Notes: generated by a model from the sequence alone, not told the origin. DNA of 64,000 nucleotides from Camelus dromedarius (GCF_036321535.1 NC_087441.1:31372001-31436000), one strand, 5' to 3'. Numbered from the stretch's first letter, positions 1-13,700 are shown. A program made the numbers and translations.

Positions 1-1993
1 GCTCTGCTTCTAAACCTTCAGCTCAGATAAGAGGCGGGGCCGGGATGAGCTGACCCAGGCAAGGACAATTGCACTGCACTAGGCAGACCTTAGAGGAAGA
101 CCCCCGACTGTGGCGGAGATGAGCAGCCACCCTCTCATCCTTAAACACACTGCTTGGATCCTGTTCTAGCCACATCTGAGCTGACTTATTTATAGGTGTC
201 ACTGAATAACTTGCAAAACTGTTTCGGGACACCACCAAGAAGAGTAGGCTAAGTGATGTCTTATCATGAAGAACTGGTGAATAGTAGTGTTCACTCCTTA
301 TTGTGCAAGGCTATAGAACATGTTTATAAGATGGCCAGGAATCCTGCATCCTGTTGGGATACAGAAGTGCTCTTTGTAGACTTTTCCCTGTCAGGAGAGT
401 GTGACCAAATGCCGCTCTTTTCAGGCTCCCTAAGATTTTGAGCCCTGAGTGTGTATATGGTGTTGATTCCCAAGGAATCCCAGGCAATTTCTGTGTCACC
501 TCCAAATTTCTCTGCAAGGAAGGAATGTGGTCAAAAGGGAGATTCTGCAGGACATCCTGCTTTCTCTATAGCCTTTGTGAAACATTTTAGAAATTGTGGT
601 TAATGTGATACATTTAAAATAACTACCAGGAAGCCAGATGTTTTCAATAAATATCCCAGATATACTTAGTAAAACATATTACCCACACATTCACACCAAA
701 TAAAACACTGTAATGTCTGCAGATAGACATTTTATATTTTAAGACTCCATTAAAAAGAAAGACAACTTTTGCTTCCACGCAAAAGAGATTTATATTAAAA
801 GTGAGTCTGAGTTTAAATTTTACTCAGTCATCTCTTGCCTTCATCAACCCTTAGTTTACTAGAGCCCTAGAAACGACAATAGGTACAGGAATAGAAAAAA
901 TTAGACTAACGAACAAGCTGAACTATCAGCTCTTTTTTTTTTTTTAACCTGAGGGAACAATAGAATGATATTTCCACACATTGTGAAATCTTGTTGCTTC
1001 AAGAGAAGAAACTATCATGTCAAGCTACTTACTTTCTCATAATTTTCTTTTCCCCTCGTGGGTCATATCTGGATTTGAATGACCTCATCAAATAACTGGA
1101 GAGTTATAAATATTTACCTGATTTCAGTCTTACAGAGCATAGCATGGCAAATTCTCTGAAGATATGTAAATCTCTTGTTATACATCTAGTGCTTTAGGGA
1201 CAAATTTATTGATCACATGCACTATGAAATATCATTTCTGCAATAGAAACATAAGTTTATACCAAAAAAATCATCAAATGATGTTGAACTAAATATAATC
1301 TTAAAAAGTCAAGTGGTCAATACGTTTGTATAAGGCTATCAGCTTTCCCTTACCTAAAATTTGTATGATAGTAGGTAGAAATAATAAACGCTAGAATCAT
1401 ATTGTTTCAAACCACACATTTATAAAAGGGAACAGATTGGCTGCATGGTATCAAAATGGTTGATGGGGCATGTGGATTCAGAACCAAGCTCAATGGCCAG
1501 CTCTGCGCCCTGTGGCTCCCTCTCTGCTATCCTAGCAACAAACTGCAGAGCAGCACCAGTGCCAGCCTCTGAGACAAGCAAACACATCTCAAGAAAGGCC
1601 CTTAGCATTTACCTTTTTACTTCATTCACAGTAGCAACTATTTTTTCCCAGAAAGAAGATTGTCTCCCTTACCAGACTGTCTGTTACAAACCTTGAAATC
1701 TGGCTCATTTTATACTGCATTTGAGAACAAATGACTGTTTTCTGAAAGAGAATTTATTCCAAGTTTTTAAAAAATTTCAGTTAGTATGAGCACTACAAAG
1801 CTGGATTCTTGAATATCAATTGGAATGAGCTTTTAAACGTGGGCAATCTTCTTACTGGGTCCCTAAAATATATACTTTTGTGAATGTGAATATATTTCTA
1901 ATTTATGATACCTTTTGAAGATTGCATTTAACAAAATAAAACTTCCTCAGTTACTGCAGTGAAATGTGAATAGTAATGCAATTCTCCATATGA

Positions 1994-2009
1994 TCACTAG
2001 ATGGTGCTA
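1994..2009 (+). promoter_or_regulatory. Candidate CTCF core motif
   Basis: TCACTAGATGGTGCTA matches the CCACTAGATGGCGCTA-type core at 14/16 positions. Motif match only. Confidence 0.4.
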
Positions 2010-3984
2010 TATAACGTATTAAATATTGTCTATCGGCTTTGTTTTTACTGTTTTCTGTTTCAGGCTCCTTCCAGACGACTTTTCATGATTGCAAGTCCAA
2101 TTTTAACTGATGTTTATTTAGTGACTTCTATAGATAATGATCAAATAGTATTGTACTAGTTCAGTAACATATCAGTTAGCCTCCCTGTGCCTCAGTTTTC
2201 TCATCTGTGAAATAAGCAGAAGACTCTACTTCATGCAGGGCCCCAATGTGTGGCCTCTTGACCTCGGCAGAATACACCAGGATAAGCCTACGACCTAAAA
2301 AGAGTAACTGAGAATCCTTCCCTGGACTTTTTCAAACTAGAATGAGGAAAAGCCAGCCAGTAACCCCGTCCGTAGTAGTGAGAGCACTAAGATGTGGGAT
2401 TCAGGGGCTGGGAAAACAGGGCAGGAACTGGCTCTGAGTAGGAAAACATGAAACTGAAAGGCAGAAACACAGAGACAAGGGGCTGAGATAGAAAGTCCTG
2501 GCAGTGTTCCTGCCCCAGGGGATGATTAGGCATACTTACTTAATCACATTTGACAACCTGTTCTTGCCCCAGCTAATTTGATTTGGGTGATCATCACTTT
2601 AACCAAAGGAATTCTTACTAATCCAGGTGGTCATTCATTCTGTTCATTCAGAAGCATAGCTGAGCAGTTTAAGTCCTTACCCCATAAACCGTTCCAGTCT
2701 AACTCCCACAGTATTTGATAATACCCAGAAAGTGCAAAGATGGCAAAAGGCAAAATTAAGGAGGACATGTTCAAATTTGTGACCCATTCAAGAATCTTGA
2801 AAGGATGAGCTTCCCAGTAATGCCCACCACTTTGCAAATAGATGGTCCCTCTTACGACCGTCACTTCAGCCCTGAAGTCTGGGTGGCTCAGCTGTCCCAG
2901 ACATTCTGCCTCGGGGGCTTCGGTGATTTTGGAGAGAAGGTGAGTGGTATAACTTTATTCTGTTAACTATAGTGGTCCTGATTCCACCCTTAAGAATCAA
3001 CCTAATGGGATAAATATATATTTCCTAGGCACTTACATCTCAGAAATTCAAAACTAAAGGAATAGTAGAAGATACTATGGTTCCAGTGCAGAACTTCAAA
3101 ATACTAAACCAATGTAGATTCTAATCTCTCTCTCTCTCTCACCCTCTTCCTCTCCTTTTTTCTCACACTCTGTCTGTCTCAGTAGAAAAATGTGGAATCT
3201 TGAGATCTATTATTCCAGTGCACTGCCTAAGAATCCTACAGTGGGGACACTACTAGGGGGATAGGGTCAGAGAGAACCTGGGGACTTATCTTTATTCGTT
3301 TCCTGACTTTTTAGACCCAGCAGGAACAAACCCTAAGTCAACTTGGAGCAGTTCAGACGCACTCCTCTGCTGATTAGTGTGAGGGTCAAATGCAGCTGTC
3401 TAATGTGTGGAGAAGCAATACAAAATATGAAAGTAAAACATGCATGAAAAAGTCCTTTATGACTGTAAAAATTTTGTTTTCATTCATCCTCTACAATTAA
3501 CATCATTGCAATTAGGAGTACTGTGGGTTCAAAATGATTGAGAAAAAAAAAACACTATCTATAAACTATCACCCTTCCCCATAACAACAGTGTCATCTCT
3601 TCCAGCTTAATTTCCCATCTTCTTTCTTGTTAGAAGTGGCCCAACGGCTTCCAGCTAAGATCTCAGTATTATTAAGAATGTCCATGAAATGCCACTTCCC
3701 TCCACTATAATTAAGTCAGCTTATTCACTTTTGTCGCATTTGAATTCATTACTTTTTCTTCATTTCTCTATGTTCCTAAACCAGATTCCGAAGACCTCAG
3801 ACGGGATTACAGCAATCTCTTCCTTACTCTCTTTGTCTTCCTCAGATTTATCCTGTCTGACAGCAGGTATCCTCTTCTCCCTTCCTCAGGTGCACATCCT
3901 GTATCTCTGCTGCTTTGTGTATCAAAGCAAATGTGTCTTGACATTCGAAACCTCCATGAATTCTTATTTACCTATGCATTTATT

Positions 3985-4830
3985 ATTTATTTATTTACTC
4001 ATTTATTCAAATAAGTAAAAGACATTTTTGAGTGCTTACTAAGGGGTTCTGTCCTGGGTGGAAAAAACCAAAGCTCTACCATCTTGGAGCTCCCATTCTA
4101 GAGCAGGGATGCAGACAGGAAAAAAATCAATTAATACAAAATATGTTAAATGGAGATAAGTTCTATGAAGAAATAAAAGCACAGTAAGGGAGATAGAGCC
4201 TGTTGATTGGGCACAGGTTTGTATCAAGAAGTCAGAATATTGGGACAGTCAGAGGTGACATTTGAAGAAAGACCACAAGAGGTGCGGAGAGGAGGCAAGT
4301 GAGTCTTTCAGGGAAGAGCATTCTTGATGGAAGGGAAACAATGCTTCAAAAACCCTTAGTCATGAGTGTGCGTGGAGTGTTTGAGGAAGAGCGAGGAGGC
4401 CAGTACGAAAGGGGAGAGCGGGCAAGAGCAGCGCAGAGAGAGCAAGGAGTGAGATCGTGGACGGTTCTGTGAGCTGCACGGGTACCTTGGGTTTGCTCTT
4501 GGGGGAGATGCCAAGCCCTCTTAAGGGTCGAACAGAGGAGCAACATGCTCTGACTTACCTGGGCACCATGTGGACATTACTCACATAGGAAAGAGAACCA
4601 GAGTAGAAGCAGGGAGATCCTTTTGGGGAAATGATCATCTTCTTCTGGATTGAGGCAATAACAACGTGAATGGTGAGAAATGTGTCTAGTCATAAATTAT
4701 TTTGTATTTACCGCTGACAAGACTACCTGATTGCTTAAGCGGGTGAGCAAAGAGAAAGAGAAGAGTTGAGAATTTTGAATTAAATAACTGGAACGATGGA
4801 GTTAATACTAACTGATATTGGAAAACTGCC
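3985..4830 (-). mobile_element. LINE-2 remnant
   Basis: Begins with the reverse-complement L2 tail (ttcatttattcaaataag...tgagtgcttacta), followed by purine-rich L2 body-like sequence (gaggtgacatttgaagaaagacc; gtttgaggaagagcgaggaggccag). Boundaries approximate. Confidence 0.65.
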
Positions 4831-5681
4831 AGACACCCAAGTACTCATTATCCACGGTTTTTACTTTGGCCCCCTCCTTTGCCTTAGTCTGTACCTTTCA
4901 TTTCTTTTGCTTAGACTCCTCTTCCCATTCACAACATCCACATTCAATTCAGAATATTTACGGAGCACTCATAGTTTGCAAAACCCTGTTCTAAACACTG
5001 GGAAATGTGTAAAAATAAGGAATCTCTGACCCCACACATTCCAAACAATCTCTGTGAGGAGAATAGTACATGCATTTGTGATAATATAGCAATAGAATTC
5101 AAAGGTGCAAAATTTTATGGAAACTTTTGTGAGCAAAGAATTGTGAATAGGTACAGAGGCAATAGGAATGTAACTATGAGCAAGGTATGGCCCCGGCTCC
5201 CAAGAAGTTTATAACATATGCTAAAAGTTTAATAAAAGTTCAATGAGAAATGGAAAGAATGAAACAGGATTAAGGCAGAAATAGATCACTGTCGGCCAGG
5301 GGAATTCAATAAATGGGTCAAACCTGCAGTTCTTTCAAGGCCAGCTTGAGTTTTACTCTTCCATGAGATTTTCCCTAACTAAATGCCTCTCCAGAAAGTT
5401 TCCTTAACTCCTACATAAAATCAGCATTAGCTTGATTTTCGCTTCTGTTTATGTTTTCTTAGAAGTATCCATGAGCTATGCTCCAGAACAAAAACATGAA
5501 AGCAGAAGCTTCATCTTACTGAGTTTCCTTTGAACTTTATAAACACCGAGTATTGTGAAAACATTACAAAATATACCTGAATACTGTAAAATGTCCTTTA
5601 TTACTTTAAAATGTTTTTAGAAAAGGAGTGTGGAAGGGTAAAAGAGGTTTGCCAAAGTTCAGAAAGCTTCCTCCTTTAGAA

Positions 5682-5736
5682 ATATATATATATATATAAT
5701 TTATATATATAATATAATTTATATATATATATATAT
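5682..5736. repeat. Interrupted (AT)n microsatellite
   Basis: atatatatatatatataatttatatatataatataatttatatatatatatatat. Confidence 0.9.
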
Positions 5737-6162
5737 CTCATCCTAAAATAGGAATCCACTAAATGTTTATGGAATTAGTCAAACGCTTGTTCCCTACGTT
5801 AAGTTCTTAGACTTTAAATCAAGTGATTGGACTATTTTCACATATTCTGTGCAAGTGCTGTCAATCATGAATGTGTGATGTTAAGATTCCTTTTATCAGG
5901 TATTGCATGTTACTTTAATTTCCTCAAACATTTCTGATCTAAAGTACTGTCACTCTGTGATAAAGATTTAAAAAACAATGTAAGGAAACACTATCGAGTT
6001 TGAAACATTCTGCAAAGGTAGCCTATTTTTCTAAACCACTAAAAGCTGGTTATGCTAATTATGTGCTTTCTTGGCAAGACGCTTTTGGCCAAACTAGGGC
6101 ATTTCATCTAGAATGGCTGACACTAGTTTATTGCTTTGCTGATTTGTTCTCACTCTAGAGGG

Positions 6163-6167
<5 letters not shown>

Positions 6168-6200
<33 letters not shown>
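6168..6200. repeat. (TG)16 microsatellite
   Basis: Perfect TG dinucleotide run of 33 nt. Confidence 0.97.
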
Positions 6201-6202
<2 letters not shown>

Positions 6203-7239
6203 TTTAAACAAAATGTTCTTGAAGTTGCCTCAGGCCAGCAATGACATTCACAGTAGGAAAGTTTTTTTTGTTTGTTTTGCCTTTGAAGGTGCTGAGGTTG
6301 ATAAAACATAATGAAAGAAATCACTGCACAATGCTGATTTTTTTCACTTTGAGTCAGGTACTCTGTAGTTGCTTAAGCAAGATTCAAAATTATCATAATA
6401 ATGTCAAAAGGCATATCATTTTTTCTTAGACCTTTTTATGCAAAAGGAAAAGAAAAAGCCAAAAAAGAAAAAAAAAGACAGCAAAGAAAAAAATCATTCA
6501 ACTGAAGATAATTGGTTCACACCCACATCGACTAGCTCAAAATCCGCAAAATTCAGTTACTTTAAAGGGTAGAATCAGGGAATGTTTATTCACTTATGTA
6601 GCAATTTTATATTCTTCATTTCTAAAGGAAACTCAAAAGGCCTTCATATTCTTTATCTCTACAAGAAATTTAAAACAGTAAATGAAAAACAATTAAAACT
6701 TACGTCATTCAACTACATGGCAGAGACGAAAATCAACTAATTATAGTTTTCATACATAGCAATAAATAATCAGAAAATACAGTTCAAAAGTATGCTGTTT
6801 ACAATAGAAACAAATATTTTGGAATACCAGAAAATAAAGCCAAAACACAATTGCTATTCTATAACAACAACAACAACAAATTGTTAAGGACCATTTAAAA
6901 ATATAAGAATCAACAAATGGATTATGTTCCTTCCCATGCAAAAGTACTCTAATATTATAAAGACACGAATTTTCCGAAGTAAATATGTAAACTCAGATAA
7001 TCACTGCAGGATTTCTGTAAAACTTGATAAGCTAATTCTAAAGTTTACATAAGAGAGAAAATGGAACTAAGTAAACAAGAAAGGATTTAGACAAATAAGG
7101 GAGGACATGCCCTATCAACATAGTCGACAAATTTATTGTAATTCAAATAGCATACATTAGCATAGGAATAGATCAATGAACAGAGCGGATAATGCAGAAA
7201 ATACCTATTATTATTGACATTTAGAATATTTATAAAAAA

Positions 7240-7430
7240 CAGCGTGATAGTTAAGAGCACGTGCCTGAGCCAGCACAGCTGTGTTCAAATCTGAGTCTGA
7301 CTCTAAACTGTCACCTCACCTCAAGAAAATGATTTAATCTCACTGAACCTTGATTTCCTAATGTGTAAAATGAGGATAGTAACAGTACCTACTTTTAGGG
7401 TTAAATTATTTAATTCATATAAAACCTCTG
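7240..7430 (+). mobile_element. MIR SINE
   Basis: acagcgtgatagttaagagcac...gttcaaatctgagtctg...ctcactgaaccttgatttcctaatgtgtaaaatgaggatagtaacagtacctac follows the MIR consensus. Confidence 0.8.
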
Positions 7431-8183
7431 AAAGGTCAGACTTTTCTCATCAGCAGCAGCAGATGTTATAATCATCGTCGTCATCATCATAAGACAGAGA
7501 ATAACAAATGCTATTATCAGGCTGGTCCAGAAGGGTAACTGGTTATTCATTTACTTAAAACATACTTAAATTACTATATCATGTCATTCACAAAAATAAT
7601 TTCCAGATTTATTTAAAATAATGAATTGTTTAAAATAAAAACCAAATTATATTTGAATTAAAATTATGCATGAGAATATAATTACAATTTTGTAATGGGA
7701 AGACCTTTCTCAGCTAGATCCAAAGCCTAACAGCTATAAATACAATGACTGAAAAATGTGTCTGCATACTAATTAAAAATTGTGTGCAAAACATCATAAA
7801 GTCAAAAGACAAAAGACAGTCTGGAGAAAATATTTATGAATAGAATCTAGAAAAATTTACTATCCAGATTATTAAAAAAAGAAACTCTTAATTCTCAGTA
7901 GAAAAAATTGAATCCAATAGAAAAATAAAGCAAAGGAGATAAAGAGGCAATTCAAGTACAAGTGATACATAAAAAGATGTTCAATGTAATAATCAGGAAA
8001 ATATATATATATTAAATAAAATGATATATAGTTATTTTATAATATACTGGCAATAATTAAAAAGATACCTAGTTTTGACAAAAAGGAAAAACAAGTCATC
8101 TCATGCACTGTTAGTAGGAATATGCATTAATAATGACATTTTAGAAAGTAAAAGGGCAAATAGTGAAAAGATTAAAGGAACAT

Positions 8184-8274
8184 ACACAACTGAAAAATTG
8201 TGCTCTACACTGGAATTTGACACAACATTGTAAAATGACTATAACTCAATAAAAAAAAGTTTGAAAAAAAAAAA
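8184..8274 (+). mobile_element. Very short 5'-truncated young L1 3' end with poly(A) and TSD
   Basis: Flanked by direct repeat taaaggaacat (8173-8183, 8275-8285). 8190-8256 is the exact reverse complement of 41238-41304. Confidence 0.85.
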
Positions 8275-10059
8275 TAAAGGAACATGCACTACAATCAATA
8301 GTCCACTTCTGGATATTTATTCCACAGAAAACGAAGGTATGAAAGGGAACATGTACAAAGTGTTTTTGTTTTTGTTTTTTTGTACAAAGTTTTTACATTA
8401 CTGTTCATAAGAAAAGTTAGACACAAAATAAATGTGCTAAATACATTGTAATATTCACAGTACAGTATACTAAGCAGCAACAGAGAATAAGATAAATACA
8501 TATGGCTTGTAAGGAAAGCCAGCCAACTCATATTTTTAAGTTAAAATGAAGCATTTTGCAGGGCTATACATATAGTATCATTATACTTTATTTTCTTAAT
8601 CCATATATTTGTAATACAAATTCATAAGAAAGTCCAACAAGTATACACACTAAACTGCCAGCAATGATCACCTTCGTGTTGAAAAATGGAATGAAGGGAA
8701 AATGTGAAGGTAAACTTTCACTCTCTAGCTTATATATTTGTATATTTAAGAAATGCTTTATAATAATATACTTAGGCATCGATCATGTAAATAAAATACA
8801 TAAATAATCCGTAGTAGACCTTGCTATTCTCAAGCCTCCTTTTCAGCCATGTATATGATATTTTTGCTGCCCTACAGAATGCTCAGTGTCACTGATTTCT
8901 GTCTCTCCACCTAAGATTTTCCACTACCCAAGGAACTTCAACCCTTCCCCCAACCACAATGCAGATCAATTCAACTCTGCCCCATTTTGTACCTCAAATC
9001 CAATATGTAGAAATATGAACAGAGCTGTAATATAAGCCCTTTGTTTAAAGCATATAGTTGCGATGTCTCATATCTCCTCTGAAAGTGTCTTGGTACCATT
9101 AAAATGATGACAAGCTTATAATGGACTAATCTACCCTCTTCAGATCCTTCAAACCACTTTCTTTCCTTTTAGTCACTGTATTTGGTCCCCGTGGTGCTTT
9201 AAGCCAAGACAACTATCCTGCTGCCATCAGAGTTAAAGCCAGGGGAGTATTAGAGGAGGCAAACCAAAGCCTTCACACTGTTAGCTATGAAATTAGCCAT
9301 TTCTAGTTCTGCCTGACTTCTGAAATCTGCAGAGAAAAGTATTATATCTAATACATGGATCACCACAACCAAACTAGATAGGTGAGTGGTATTTCCATTG
9401 ATCAAACTTCTGGGCTTTATATGTTAAAGTTTCAAGTATTTATTGTTATTTTGTCTTATTCCTGCCATTTATGGACTAGAGAGTGCGAGAAAGCTTGAAG
9501 TGTGACTCAGCTATCTTGGGTAGTCCCAGCCCCGTCATTCTGAAAGTCTCCACTCAGGACCCTTCTGACTAGCAGCATGTTTCATCCACTCTCAGACTCA
9601 TGCTTATCAGAAATTTGACTTGTAGTGGTGGTGCCAACTCCAGTGCTTCAATTCTGAATTGATATCTGAAGTTCATCCCTAGAATTCAGTTCTATTACCT
9701 GTGAGCATCCAATTATGACTCCTTTCTTTCCGCAGTAAAAGTTTCATGCATAACAAGAACTCTGCAGGTCCTTTGGATCTTTCATGAAATCTAAACTTCC
9801 CTAGTAATGATTTGGTGTCAATTGTTCCCATCACTTGCTCTAACTGAGTTACATTTTCTTACGTGTATCACATGGGGCTGTGATTCCTGTAATACACAGA
9901 TAGTAGTCTTTCCCTCCATCTGCTAATTTCCATTCAGAATCCAACTAAGCATCAAAGCATCTTAGACTCTCCACATTATCAACTGCCATTGTTAGGTATT
10001 TGATTCAGAAACAGAGTCATTGTTTACCTTCAGACTGAATTATACATCTGTTGTTTCGG

Positions 10060-10500
10060 TATCTTAGCATCAGTAACCCATTCCTTTGGTAATGGAGCAT
10101 TGACTTTCTTTTGGAAGACCATGAATCTCCCATCCTGTCCATGTGGACTGGTAGAATTGATCCTGTCACTTAAGCTTGAGCAGGTGACACATGGCCCAGA
10201 CTTGCTAGTGGTATTGCCCATCTTCACAACCACTGCAAGGGTAGACTCAAGACCCAATGTAGAACAATGAGAGTGATGCTTGGAATGTCACCTGAACTAG
10301 AAAACAGATGTCTTTATTCTCCAGAGGTTGCTAAGTCTAGAGGTGCTGGTAGTCCCTGTAAATGGAAAGCCTACTGAGTTTGAAACCAACACAAAGGAAA
10401 GCAGAGAGACAGGAGAAGAAAAATAGGAGATATGCTTTGAGCACTAGACTCCAGGTAAATCAACTGTTCCTGAATCCAGTTCTACTCCTAAACTGCTTTT
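10060..10500 (+). mobile_element. MaLR LTR (MLT1J/K-like)
   Basis: gtccatgtgg...gtgacacatggcccag...caatgagagt...gttgctaag...aaaccaacacaaaggaaagcagag...tttgagcac...cctgaatccag follows the motif order of MLT1J. Confidence 0.75.
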
Positions 10501-12560
10501 TTTCTTGAACTCAGAGTTAACCACTATTCTGAATTTTGTTTTCATTTCCTTGCTTTCTTTCTAGTATCATTTCCATACAGACATCCCTAAATAAAACATT
10601 GCTTTAGTTTCCCATTTTAAACTTAACATGTGTAAATTTTTTGTGTATGTATTTTGTGATTTACTTCTTTTGCTTACCACTATATTCTTGAGAACCACCT
10701 GTTTTTACTTGTGGATACAGTTCATGAATTTTCACTGCTCTACAGCAATCCATTGAATAAATATATCACAATTTAAATCATGTAGCTTCTAGGTTTTTGG
10801 TAGTACAAATATCTCTATAAACACACATCCTGGGAAATATGTAAGAAATTCTATCCCTATGACTGGAGGTGCCAGATTGTAGAAACTGCATGCCTTCAAC
10901 ATTTCTACATGACATTACACTGTTTCTCAAAGTTATTGCACCAATTTGTAATCTTACCACCCATACCTAAGACTTCATATTGCCCCATATCCAATATTTA
11001 GCTTTATCAGACTTTTTAAAAATTTTGAAAGTATAGTGGGTATGATATGGTAGTCTATGTTTGTTTATGGTTCCTATTTTACTAATAAAGTTGAATATAT
11101 TTCCTGTATTTATGAGCCATTCATATTTGCTCTTCTGTGATTGTATCTTTTGTCCATTTTTAAATTAAGCTTTGTAGGAACACTTTGGAACAGTCTGGAA
11201 ACTAATCTCCTGTTGTTATACATTTGAAGTTGCTCCTGCCAGTTTGTGATTTGTCTTTTCACTCTTATTTTTATTTTTTTTGGTGAACTGAAGTCTTTAT
11301 GTTTCATAAAGTCTAATGTACTAATCTTCCCATTAGTGTTATACAATCTTTGAATATAATTTTTAAAAAGTGCTTCCTTATCCCAGACTGAAAAAAAATG
11401 TAGTATCCTAATCTTTCTTTTAGAAGTGTTTTGCCTTTCACATTTGCATTATAAATCCATTGTCAAGTAGTTTTTGTTTATGATGCAGAAGAGTGATCTA
11501 ATTTCTTTTGTTTCAATAGGATTAACTATTTGTCTTAATTCTATTTATTGAATAATCTGTCATTTCCCTGCTGATTTTAATGCCACCTCTGTTACTCATC
11601 AAGTTTGTTCCTTTGGTTGATCCATACCTACCCAATAGCATACTAAATATTATAGTTTAAAGGTCAATATATCATAGTGTGTGTTAACTCACTTCATGTC
11701 ATGGTTATTCTTGACTCTGACGCTTAACATGTGAAAACAGAAATCAAATTGCTGAAGTTCAAAGAATAGGCTTATGGGACTTTGACTGATATCCTTTGAA
11801 CTTATTAATTAATCAATAGGGAAAATTGATAGGTTAAGGATACTGAGTCTTCTTATCAACATTTATTAACATCACTCTCTTAATTGACTTAGGCCTTATA
11901 TAAGTGTTCTGAATAAAAGCTTATCATTTTCTTCAAAAACTTGTTCATTTCTTATTAGATTTATTGATATATATGTTATATATTTTGTAGTTATAATAAT
12001 ATGTATCTCTTTTTATTGAAGTACAGTTGATTTACAATATTGTATTAGTTTCAGATGCACAGCTAAGTGATTCAGTATGATATATATTATTTTTCAGATT
12101 CTTTTCCATTTTAGGTTATTACAAGATATTGAATATATCTCATTGTTTAACTTGTATCTCTTTAAATCATATTGTTTATTTGTTACAGGTGTAATGACAT
12201 GCATTCTAAGTTGATCCTTTTATTATAAAACAATCTTTCTTAACACTAGGTCTGATCATTTATCCATATATATTCTTTAGGCTTTGGGGGGTAGATAATC
12301 ATATCTATAATCATATCATCTAAAATGGTGAGCATTTTTGCTTTCATTGCAGTACTTAAATTTATTTTTTCTTTTATTGTGTTGCTGTATAACATCCACT
12401 ACAATGTTAAATAGAAGTAGTGATGTGATCCTCGATGTCTTGGTTGTGATTTTCAATGAAATATTTTTAATTAATCACCATTAAGTATGCTGCTTGCCAT
12501 GAATAACTTTTGTGGATAAACTATATCAAGATAAGAAAGTTCTTATTTATTCCCAATTTA
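10500..12560 (-). mobile_element. Old LINE-1 3' UTR/ORF2 remnant, with a younger L1 3'-end piece at about 12010-12140
   Basis: T-rich strand with decayed reverse ORF2 motifs (ccactacaatgttaaatagaagtag; caccattaagtatg; gatctaatttcttt). Reverse translation near 11110-11346 resembles the L1 ORF2 C-terminus (KIRVKRQITNWQE...RLVSRL). Confidence 0.75.
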
Positions 12561-12569
12561 GTAATAATT

Positions 12570-13060
12570 ATTATCACTATTTCTTAATATTGTACCAGAG
12601 GTTCTAGCTAATACCATAAGATAAAAAAAAATTTTTTAAGCAAAAGCATTGGAAATGAAGAATTTAATATAACTGTCTCCACATGATATAATTACCTACT
12701 TAAAAATTATTCTACAGAAAAATTATTAAAATTTTAGAAGAATACAGCAAGGTCTGTGCATATAAAATCATTTTATAGAAAGCCAGTGCCATTTATACAC
12801 TAACAACAAACAATATAAAAATGTGCTTAAAAAGAAGACACTTTTAATAATAGCATAAAATATTAAATACTTACAGACAAATATAACAAAAGATGTGTAA
12901 GGCGTCTGGGAGAACAAAAAATATCATTGAGATTCAGAAAGACAATCTAATTAAATAAAAAGATATACCATGTTAATGTGGAGGTAAAATTAATAAGTAA
13001 AAATAATAATCCCTTCAATTGATTAATATGCAATTCCAATAAAAATACCCACAGAAAAAA
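12570..13060 (+). mobile_element. Old LINE-1 ORF2 (RT region) remnant
   Basis: aatattgtaccagaggttctagcta...ttctacagaaaaattattaaaatt...tatacactaacaac...aaatacttacagacaaatataacaaaagatgtg...aatatgcaattccaataaaaataccc. Confidence 0.7.
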
Positions 13061-13229
13061 CTCACAAGTAGTATTGGAAGAAGGAAATCAAAATATATGT
13101 TTTTTTTTTTCTGAAAGTAAAAACATTAAATTCACCACCATACATGAAAGATATAAGTTTGTAAGGGGTGTGGTAATTTTAAAGTCTTTGAGTTATTGAC
13201 AATATCGTTGCTTATTATACTGAATATCT

Positions 13230-13700
13230 TTCACTTGATTCATTCAGACCTGCTCTCCAACCAGGAGTCTGGCCTAGATGGATCACATCAAGTGGCTCCA
13301 GAGTCCTCTGGATTTAATTGGATCAACCAATGGAGAGCCTCAGCAAGAGACCAGGGGCAGGGAGGAGAGTGAGATCTACTTGGGCTGACTATCATCCAGT
13401 GGAAAATCACTGTTCTTCTCAAGCTGGCATGCTCTACACTCGTCTCTTTTTCTGGGTTCCAGTGACCACTTGGTCCCTTTATCTTTCTAATACTATTGCC
13501 TATTGATATCATTTTTTTCTCTTTTCTTTTTTTAACCAAATATGGTGCTAGGGCCTACCAGTTAATTAACCCCAGGTTACTGAGGTATCCACTGTGGTTT
13601 CTCCTACATCTGACCCACATCTCATAAACAATTCCATCATAAATAAATCCTCCTCAAATTATCTTAAACTGAGTGTCTCTGGATGAACACTTATATACAA
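13230..13700 (+). mobile_element. Ancient ERVL/MaLR-class solo LTR; subfamily uncertain
   Basis: ggagagtgag...gggttccagtgaccact...ccccaggttactg...tgtggtttctcc...tcctcaaattatc...tgagtgt...tataca resembles ERVL-class LTR 3' halves. Confidence 0.5.

Larger units (their letters stand above)
6740..8460 (+). mobile_element. Old, degraded LINE-1 (L1M-type) ORF2/3' remnant with nested insertions
   Basis: A-rich strand with decayed ORF2 hallmarks (aaacttgataagctaattctaaagtt; aaaacatcataaagtcaaaagacaaaagacagtctggagaaaatattt; catacaattagtaggaatatg-like 3' region). Boundaries approximate. Confidence 0.7.
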
